Origin: a virus | Lineage: Duplodnaviria > Caudoviricetes | Length of the DNA stretch: 29,844 nt | IMG/VR virus record: IMGVR_UViG_3300027486_000020 | Span: 1 to 29,844 of that record | Reading direction: 5' to 3' (one strand) | In this document: positions 1-6,894 of the stretch, one piece after another | How positions within the stretch are numbered: position 1 is the stretch's first letter | Layout of the letters: each line of letters opens with the position of its first letter | Translations under genes and position numbers: made by a program | Notes under the pieces: model-generated | The model's database searches: none | What the model was told of the DNA's origin: nothing | What the model saw: the letters and a program-made list of their open reading frames with translations, nothing else

Positions 1-1
1 T

Positions 2-100
2 GATAAATGGTATTACAACACGGAAACCATGGCAATTATACAGATACCAGCAGCGCCGCCTTACCCTAGCACAGGAACGACTGGGACTCAAACCGTATGA
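2..100 (+). CDS. 3' end of a small tail-fibre-associated protein (partial)
   Basis: Frame 2 is open from the window edge: DKWYYNTETMAIIQIPAAPPYPSTGTTGTQTV*. Its TGA overlaps the ATG of the next gene (ATGA, 97-100). Confidence 0.6.
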   Translation, partial: DKWYYNTETMAIIQIPAAPPYPSTGTTGTQTV

Positions 101-375
101 AGCAACTACTCCCGTACCACAGTTTTGTGTATGCGGGGGCGCAGATCAATGTCTATCACGCAGACAAGGGTGATGGGCTGCCAATGCACCAGCACCCCTT
201 CAACCACGCAAATGTGTGCCAGGTGGGTTCCTGCGTTGTTCGCGTGAAAGGCAAAGAAATTGTGATGAATGCGGAAACCCAGCCGCTGGACCTCCCCGCT
301 GACATCCCGCATGAGATCGAGGCGCTTGAAGACGGCACGGTGTTTGTGAACATCTTCAAAGAGGGTAGCTACTAA
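97..375 (+). CDS. Cupin (RmlC-like) domain protein
   Basis: 92 aa with cupin motifs LPMHQHPFNH and PADIPHEIEALEDGTVFVNIF; coupled to the upstream gene. Confidence 0.8.
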   Translation: MKQLLPYHSFVYAGAQINVYHADKGDGLPMHQHPFNHANVCQVGSCVVRVKGKEIVMNAETQPLDLPADIPHEIEALEDGTVFVNIFKEGSY

Positions 376-376
376 T

Positions 377-925
377 GTGGACCCGATTACTATCGGCCTA
401 GCGTTTGCCGGAGCCAAAGCTGCGGTAGCCACCATCAAGGAGGTTATCAAGCTGGGCAAAGATGCCAATGAAATAACCCAAAGTATCGTTGGATACTTTG
501 ACCAGAAGGCGATTATTGAGAAGGCTGAGGCGGTAAAAGAGCGAGAGAAGCGCGAGGCGCTGTGGGACAAGGTTAACGGGGTTAAGCCCAAGAAGACGGA
601 CGCAGAGTTAACCGCAGAGGCGATGGATGTCGTCATGAAGCGGCGGGAGCTGGAGCGGCAAGAGTACGAGCTGTACGAGATGTTGGTCTGGTCGGGGCAG
701 GGACAGATCTGGGACGACATGGTCAAGACCAGAGAGGAAATGCGTAGGCAGATCGCTCAGGAAGAGGCGGAGGCAATCAAGCAAAAGATCATCGACGCGG
801 CCCAAGTTAAAGAGCGCAAAGAGATGATCCATGACATACAGCTCTCAGCGGCGGTTTTGGCGGCTTTTGGTTTATTGATGTACTGGCTGGTCCATTGGGG
901 AATATCAAAAGGAATGTGGAGATGA
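377..925 (+). CDS. Hypothetical coiled-coil membrane protein
   Basis: GTG start 1 nt after the previous stop; charged helical core and a C-terminal hydrophobic segment (LSAAVLAAFGLLMYWLVHW). Confidence 0.75.
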   Translation: MDPITIGLAFAGAKAAVATIKEVIKLGKDANEITQSIVGYFDQKAIIEKAEAVKEREKREALWDKVNGVKPKKTDAELTAEAMDVVMKRRELERQEYELYEMLVWSGQGQIWDDMVKTREEMRRQIAQEEAEAIKQKIIDAAQVKERKEMIHDIQLSAAVLAAFGLLMYWLVHWGISKGMWR

Positions 926-1539
926 GTGAGCAGGACGACAAGGCGTTGGGTGTACTGGACCGCATACTGTCGTATGTGGACAGCCCGTTCAAGCTAGTTG
1001 CGCTGCTCGTCATGTTTGTGTTTGGGTTCTGCGCTTGGTTTGTCTATGCCAACCAAGAGCTGCTGGTCGGTGCGTACAAGGAAAGCCAGAAGCTGCCCAG
1101 TATCAATGAAGCCAGGGTTGAGGATGCGGCGGCGGTGCTGATCAAGTACGGCGGCGCGCAGACCGTGGCGATATTCAAAGTTAACCCTTTGTTTGGTACG
1201 CGTGTTTTGTATCGCGCGTACACAAAGGATGGACGGGATAAAAGATTGGAAGGCATTGATGTTGGTCTCTTCACAACTAATCAGGCGAACAATGCAGACG
1301 TTGTTAAGCTCATGGCGGGAGAAACACCGTGCGGAGACTACCACAAGCCACAAAGCGAAATCGGCCTGTGGTACGTCGAAGCCGGTGTTACCTACGGCTG
1401 TCGAATCTCTGTACCACCGGACGCAACACGTTTCATCGGTCAAATTACCGTCGGGTTCAAAGATCGACCTGAAAGCGTAGAAGATGTTCAGTCTATGCTG
1501 AGTATTGCTTCATCCATGTTAACCAAAAAGAGCTATTAA
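922..1539 (+). CDS. T4 gpT-like holin (single TM plus periplasmic GAF-like domain)
   Basis: Start placed at ATG 922 (ATGA overlap with previous stop), 205 aa. ALGVLDRIL, one TM helix, then AYKESQK, AQTVAIFKVNP, FIGQITVGF and two Cys, in the same order as recalled T4 gpT segments (LFGVLDRLF, YYKQSK, ADFSAVYSFRP, YAGTITMYW). Lies next to the endolysin. Confidence 0.6.
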   Translation: MSEQDDKALGVLDRILSYVDSPFKLVALLVMFVFGFCAWFVYANQELLVGAYKESQKLPSINEARVEDAAAVLIKYGGAQTVAIFKVNPLFGTRVLYRAYTKDGRDKRLEGIDVGLFTTNQANNADVVKLMAGETPCGDYHKPQSEIGLWYVEAGVTYGCRISVPPDATRFIGQITVGFKDRPESVEDVQSMLSIASSMLTKKSY

Positions 1540-1971
1540 ATGGGAATCTTAGACGCACTTGCAACCGGCCCCATGGGGGCGCTGGTGTCTGTTGGCAGCA
1601 AGATCCTGGACCGAGTGATCCCGGACCCCGCAGCCAACGAGGCGGCCAAGATGGAGCTGGCCAAAATGGCCCAGGAGGGTGAGCTGGCCAAGATGGCCAA
1701 CGACACCAAACTGTTTGAGACAGAGCAAAACAATCTCACAGAGCGCCTCAAAGCTGACATGGTGAGTGATTCCTGGCTGTCCAAGAACATCCGCCCCATG
1801 ACCCTCATAGCTATCTTGGCAGGTTACTTTACATTTGCCATGATGTCTGCGTTTGATAAAAACACCAACCAGGCGTATGTTGAGCTGCTGGGACAGTGGG
1901 GTATGCTCATTATGTCGTTCTACTTTGGTGGGCGTACGCTTGAGAAAATCATTGACATGAAGAAAAAATGA
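1540..1971 (+). CDS. Holin-like protein (GTA 3TM holin family)
   Basis: KILDRVIPDP...SDSWLSKNIRP...TM...MSFYFGGRTLEK signature; overlaps the endolysin start. Confidence 0.8.
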   Translation: MGILDALATGPMGALVSVGSKILDRVIPDPAANEAAKMELAKMAQEGELAKMANDTKLFETEQNNLTERLKADMVSDSWLSKNIRPMTLIAILAGYFTFAMMSAFDKNTNQAYVELLGQWGMLIMSFYFGGRTLEKIIDMKKK

Positions 1972-2396
1972 ACCTGAGCCCTAACTTCACCCTGGAAGAG
2001 TTGACACACACGGATCATCGTCAATTCGACAATACGCCCAATGATTCTGAAATCAATAACCTCAAACGACTCGCCGAGTTCTTGGAAGATGTCAAGGCAA
2101 CCCTTGGCGGAAAGCCCATCATTGTCAACAGCGCGTTTCGCTGTAAACAGGTCAATGATGCTGTGGGTAGCAAAGATACTTCTCAGCATCGCATCGGTTG
2201 TGCTGCTGACATTCGGGTTCCCGGCATGACGCCGGACCAGGTTGTCAAGGCCATCATCGCCGCGCAGCTGCCGTACGACCAAGTGATTCGCGAGTTTGAC
2301 CGCTGGACCCACGTGTCGATCCCGAACTCGACCCTGGACAAACCGCGGCATCAGGCCCTAATCATTGATAAACAAGGGACGCGTATCTACGCGTAA
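1968..2396 (+). CDS. Endolysin, peptidase M15A family
   Basis: LSPNFTLEEL N-terminus; SAFRC..VN..VG....SQH..G.AAD and W.HVS zinc-ligand motifs. Confidence 0.9.
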   Translation: MNLSPNFTLEELTHTDHRQFDNTPNDSEINNLKRLAEFLEDVKATLGGKPIIVNSAFRCKQVNDAVGSKDTSQHRIGCAADIRVPGMTPDQVVKAIIAAQLPYDQVIREFDRWTHVSIPNSTLDKPRHQALIIDKQGTRIYA

Positions 2397-2401
2397 ACAA
2401 A

Positions 2402-3025
2402 ATGTCAGCAGCAAACATGACCTATGACAGCCTCGTTGAGGATGTCATCAAGTACGCAGAACGGAATGATGAGTCTTTTGTGACCCAGATTCCGCGCCTG
2501 ATCATGCTCACCGAGCAGTCGATTGCTGCAGAGATCAAAACGCTTTTGCAGCTTAACGTGGTCAACACGACAATTGCGTCTGGCGACTCCACCGTGGAAA
2601 AGCCGGTTCGTTGGCGCAAGACGGTCAGCATGAAAATAAACGGCGAGCCGGTGCTCAACCGATCCATGGACTACGTGACGCAGTACCTGAGCGAGGCCCC
2701 CGCGGGTCAGCCACTGTACTACGCCGAGTATGACTATGACCACTGGGGCTTCGCGCCTGTGACAGACCAGGCATACCCGGTCCAGATTATTTACTACAGC
2801 CGCATTCAGCCGCTTGACATCACCAACCAGGAAAACCTGCTGACGCGTGAGGCCCCTCAGGCTTTGTTGTATGGCACGTTACTCCAGGCGCAGGGCTTCT
2901 TGAAAAACACCGAGAAGCTGGCCGTGTGGAAAAACTACTACAACGACGCCATCGCAGCACTCAAGGGCGAGGACGCTTCTCGAATGGTTGATCGCAACGC
3001 TTCACGACAGGAATCACAATCATGA
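2402..3025 (+). CDS. Head-to-tail adaptor / tail tubular-like protein
   Basis: 207 aa; MTYDSLV...IPRLIMLTEQ...P.YYA....F.P..DQ.Y...YY...LLYG.L pattern typical of podovirus adaptors; position at the start of the tail block. Confidence 0.65.
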   Translation: MSAANMTYDSLVEDVIKYAERNDESFVTQIPRLIMLTEQSIAAEIKTLLQLNVVNTTIASGDSTVEKPVRWRKTVSMKINGEPVLNRSMDYVTQYLSEAPAGQPLYYAEYDYDHWGFAPVTDQAYPVQIIYYSRIQPLDITNQENLLTREAPQALLYGTLLQAQGFLKNTEKLAVWKNYYNDAIAALKGEDASRMVDRNASRQESQS

Positions 3026-4293
3026 CATTCACCTCTCCCTTTACTGGCAACGTCATCCAGCCGACGGATGTCAGCTATGACGCGATCACGTTATCCACGG
3101 TAACGCAGCTCTACTGGCCTCAATATGTAAACAACGGCCAGCAAGTTGCCGCCCGCATCCTGGACGTTAACGCAACGAGCACCGGCGCTATCCTGACATT
3201 GCCGAATGCGCTACAGGGTTCCGTCGGTTCGGATATCTTAATCCGTAACGTCGGCTCGTACTCGTTTGCCGTTCAGAACTTTGCAGAGGTCAACTCTTTC
3301 TCTGTGCCGACCGGGCAGGCCGTTTACACGTACCTGACCAATAACACAACGGCGGGCGGGGTATGGGACAACATTGCGTTTGGTGCTGGTGTTGCCTACG
3401 CTGACGCCGCCACGCTGGCCGGTAATAGCACGGCGGCCATCCTCGGCAAGCTCGAGACAGCGTTTGTAACAAGCTCTTACATTGTTGCGCCGACTATCAC
3501 CGACGCCACACGCGGCCATTGCCTGGTGTGGACAAGCGGCGCCGGTACCTGGACGCTGCCGGCCGTGTCGTCGTTGTCTGAGGGCTGGTTTATTTTGGTC
3601 CGCAACAACGGCACCGGAGCCCTGACCATCCAGACGTCGGCCGTTAACTCGACGATCGATGATCAGAGCAGCATCACGCTGCCGTTGGGTGACTCTTGCT
3701 TCATCTGCGTTAACCGCGACATCACAAAGCAGGACTTCTTTACCGTTGGCCGCGCTCGTCCTAATAGCCTGACGTTCTCCTCGGCTACGTACGACGTCGA
3801 CACCGTGTCTGGCGCAACGTTGAGTTTGATCACCAACACACCCATCATCCAGCGCTTTACCGCGTTGAGCGGGGCCCGCACGTCGTCGTTGCTGGTGCAG
3901 TTGCCTTCGGTGACTCAGGTGTATTACTTCCTCAACGACACCAACCAGAGCTCGTACAACATTAACTTTCAGGTGCAGGGGAGCTCTCAGACGCCGTATT
4001 CTTTAGCGGCTTCTCGCCAGGCTATTGTTCTTAGCGACGGTAACTACATATATCCGCTTTTGCAGTCTAACGTTGGTCAATTCTTAGCCAACCGCGGTAC
4101 TGCTGCGTCTCCGGCGTTCTCGTTCAACCTTGACCCGTCGTCGGGCATGTATTCCCCCAACGATGCCCAGCTTGGGTTTTCAGTTAACGGCACCAACATC
4201 ATAACCCTGGACGGCACAGGCGGAACAGGAAACTTTGTGACCAACATCGTTGGCCGTGTTGATGCTGACCTGATCTCTGGGGGACAGTTCTAA
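3022..4293 (+). CDS. Virion tail structural protein
   Basis: 423 aa, Thr/Ser/Gly-rich with beta-strand repeats (TLP.....G....VRN.G), G.AA.P.FSF motif and C-terminal ISGGQF. Confidence 0.7.
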   Translation: MTFTSPFTGNVIQPTDVSYDAITLSTVTQLYWPQYVNNGQQVAARILDVNATSTGAILTLPNALQGSVGSDILIRNVGSYSFAVQNFAEVNSFSVPTGQAVYTYLTNNTTAGGVWDNIAFGAGVAYADAATLAGNSTAAILGKLETAFVTSSYIVAPTITDATRGHCLVWTSGAGTWTLPAVSSLSEGWFILVRNNGTGALTIQTSAVNSTIDDQSSITLPLGDSCFICVNRDITKQDFFTVGRARPNSLTFSSATYDVDTVSGATLSLITNTPIIQRFTALSGARTSSLLVQLPSVTQVYYFLNDTNQSSYNINFQVQGSSQTPYSLAASRQAIVLSDGNYIYPLLQSNVGQFLANRGTAASPAFSFNLDPSSGMYSPNDAQLGFSVNGTNIITLDGTGGTGNFVTNIVGRVDADLISGGQF

Positions 4294-6413
4294 TGGCTGA
4301 CGCTCAGGCAGGCGCGCCTAAGATCTTCACGCTTCAGGTCAAGCCCGGCATTAAGCGGGACGGTACCCGCTTTGAGGGCGACCAGTTTAGCGATGGGAAG
4401 TGGGTCCGCTTTCAGCGGGGCAAGGCAAAGAAAATCAACGGCTACCGCCAGATGTTTGCCACGCCGTACAACATCCCGCGAGGGATCATCACCAACCCAT
4501 ACAACGGCGTTAACTATGTCTTCGTGGGTAACCGCGAGGGTATTGAGGTGTTTAACACCGGGACCGACCAGGGGGTGGGTGTGGGCCCGTTCCAGGTTGA
4601 GTTCAGCAACACATACGTGGTAACAACGGTCACCGGCGGCTCGTCAACCATTGCGGTCGTCGGCAACGTGGTGGCTACGTTCCCCACTGGAACAACGTTC
4701 TGGGCATATAACACGTCGGGTCTGCGAACCAACTACACGACAACAGGGGTTCCGACGTACAACTCGGGCACCAACCGGACAACCATCACGCTGACGTCGC
4801 TAACGGGTTTGCCGACTACGGTGCCTCTTGAGATTTACACGCCGATCACGTTTCCGGCAAACGATGAGTATCTGTGGCAGTTTGACATTGCGTTTGACTC
4901 CACCGGCGAGGGCAACTCCAAGCTAATCGCTCACCCTGGCAAAAACCTACACAACATCGACTCTGGCGTGTTGTCTTCGCTTTATGCCGGTAACTTCCTG
5001 CCAGACGCTGCAACCCAGAAGTATGTGCTGACCCAGGTGGTGGATTCCTCTGGAACGAGCCCGACTTACCTGCCAATTAACGTTAGCGGCGGCGCAGTTG
5101 TTCTGTATCCTTTCATCTTTACATACAGCAACTTCGGCAACCTGCGCAACAACAACGTGACGTTTACCCCCGGGTCTACGTCGGTGCAGACGTTCTCGGA
5201 CTGGAACGGACCGCTGGCCAACGACACCAACATGACGGCGGGCAAGATCGTGCGCGGGTTTCCGGTGCGCGGTGGTACCGCGTCCCCGTCCGGCATCTTC
5301 TGGTCTACAGATGCGCTGCTGCGTGTTTCGTTCACGGCCACGACCCCGTATTACTGGCGCTATGACACCATCGCCACACAGATCTCAATCATGTCATCCA
5401 ACTCCGTGACCGAGATGGACGGTATCTTTTACTGGATGGGCACAGATCGCTTCTACATCTACAACGGCGCCGTCAAGGTGTTACCCAACGACAAGAACGT
5501 CAACTACCTATTTGACAACCTGAACTTCCAGCAGCGTCAAAAGGTGTGGGCCACCAAGGTTCCACGGTTCAACGAAATCTGGTGGTTTTACCCCCGTGGT
5601 ACGGCGACAGAGTGCAACGACGCGATTATCTACAACGTCAAGGACGACATTTGGTACGACGCAGGCCAGGCTGTTGGTGCTCACCGCTCGTGTGGCTACG
5701 TGACCGAGGTGTTCCCCCGCCCCGTCTGGTGTGGCTGGGAGCCTGAGTTTATAGAGGGCATTTCATACCAGCTGCTGTATGGACCAAACAACGGAGCCCC
5801 GGCAACCACAGCCAACCAGGTGATTGTGTCAGGTGATCTGTCCACAAACCCGCCTGGCAGTTACATGTTCTTCCAAAGCGACGAGAACACCGTTAACCAG
5901 ATCGTTTCGGCCACGTTCACCAACTCGACGACCGGCGGTACGACGTTGATTACCTTTGCCGATACGCTGGACCCGGCGTTGACGACAGGCTCAACCATGG
6001 CACAGATCACGGGTGGCTACCAGATCTGGGAGCATGAGTTCGGCAAAAACAAAGTTACGGCTACTGAAGAGTTTGCGATTGAGTCTTTTGCGGAGACGTC
6101 GGACATCAGCTGGGTAGGTGGAACGCCGGCCGAGGACCACACCATATCCGCCAATCGCCGGATGCACATCACCCGTATCGAGCCCGACTTCAACCAGGTC
6201 GGGGACATGACGATGACGATCGTGGGGCGGCCGTTTGCTCAGTCCCCCGCCGTTGAATCCAACGAGTTCACGTTTGGCCAAAACGACGGAAAGATTGACA
6301 TGCGGGTCGAGCACCGCCTGATCAACCTGCGCTGGAAGAGCAACGTCATTGACGGAAACTACGAAGCCGGCCGGATTATGATCACCGCGGAGATGGGGGA
6401 CGAGCGGCCATGA
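4293..6413 (+). CDS. Tail hub/nozzle (P22 gp10-like stabilisation protein)
   Basis: 706 aa; KPGIKRDGT, WVRFQRG, FYWMG.D.FY.YNG.V..LP and FNEIWWFYP motifs; two Thr-rich insertions. Confidence 0.7.
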   Translation: MADAQAGAPKIFTLQVKPGIKRDGTRFEGDQFSDGKWVRFQRGKAKKINGYRQMFATPYNIPRGIITNPYNGVNYVFVGNREGIEVFNTGTDQGVGVGPFQVEFSNTYVVTTVTGGSSTIAVVGNVVATFPTGTTFWAYNTSGLRTNYTTTGVPTYNSGTNRTTITLTSLTGLPTTVPLEIYTPITFPANDEYLWQFDIAFDSTGEGNSKLIAHPGKNLHNIDSGVLSSLYAGNFLPDAATQKYVLTQVVDSSGTSPTYLPINVSGGAVVLYPFIFTYSNFGNLRNNNVTFTPGSTSVQTFSDWNGPLANDTNMTAGKIVRGFPVRGGTASPSGIFWSTDALLRVSFTATTPYYWRYDTIATQISIMSSNSVTEMDGIFYWMGTDRFYIYNGAVKVLPNDKNVNYLFDNLNFQQRQKVWATKVPRFNEIWWFYPRGTATECNDAIIYNVKDDIWYDAGQAVGAHRSCGYVTEVFPRPVWCGWEPEFIEGISYQLLYGPNNGAPATTANQVIVSGDLSTNPPGSYMFFQSDENTVNQIVSATFTNSTTGGTTLITFADTLDPALTTGSTMAQITGGYQIWEHEFGKNKVTATEEFAIESFAETSDISWVGGTPAEDHTISANRRMHITRIEPDFNQVGDMTMTIVGRPFAQSPAVESNEFTFGQNDGKIDMRVEHRLINLRWKSNVIDGNYEAGRIMITAEMGDERP

Positions 6414-6652
6414 TGCAGATTGAGTTCCTGCCCATGTACGCCACCTGGGACGACTGGAACGGCAACATGATCCACTACTTTGCCGAGCAGCAGTTCCCCA
6501 TCGTTTCCGAGGCCAACTGGACGGAGTTAGCCAACGCCATCGCCCTGAACCCGGTATTTGACAAGTACAACGTCCCCGAACCTTCAACGTTCTCAGACTG
6601 GCGGAAATGGGCGCTTGTTTTGACTGAATCTATCAATGGCGACGGGGCGTAA
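6410..6652 (+). CDS. Small Trp-rich virion-associated protein
   Basis: 80 aa, ATGA-coupled to the hub gene; TWDDW...W..LA...F.DWRKWA. Confidence 0.7.
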   Translation: MMQIEFLPMYATWDDWNGNMIHYFAEQQFPIVSEANWTELANAIALNPVFDKYNVPEPSTFSDWRKWALVLTESINGDGA

Positions 6653-6685
6653 TTGCCCTTAAATATGGGTAATTCTTAATAGAGA
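6645..6685 (+). promoter_or_regulatory. Putative phage promoter, copy 1
   Basis: gggcgtaattgcccttaaatatgggtaattcttaatagaga; 29/41 identical to the minus-strand copy at 24035-24074; upstream of the ejection-protein genes. Confidence 0.55.
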
Positions 6686-6718
6686 AAACATCAAATATAT
6701 CTGAATTGTTTTAGCTTC

Positions 6719-6892
6719 ATGAAAATAGCTCATGTCCCTAACGGAAGCGTAATTGGTTTGATACCAGCGCTTTTGCCGTTCCTGAATAATTCACAGGAAT
6801 GGGGTTATGGACGTGCCAACGCGGACGATATAATCCGTTTGGTTTTATCAGATCGGTTAAGCCTCTGGGCGGTCAACGATAAAGAAGAGTAA
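6719..6892 (+). pseudogene. 57-aa ORF, probably a truncated remnant of the acetyltransferase-like gene that often precedes podovirus ejection genes
   Basis: Below the ORF-track cutoff: MKIAHVPNGSVIGLIPALLPFLNNSQEWGYGRANADDIIRLVLSDRLSLWAVNDKEE*; stop is 2 nt before the next ATG. Family resemblance is from recall. Confidence 0.45.
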
Positions 6893-6894
6893 AA

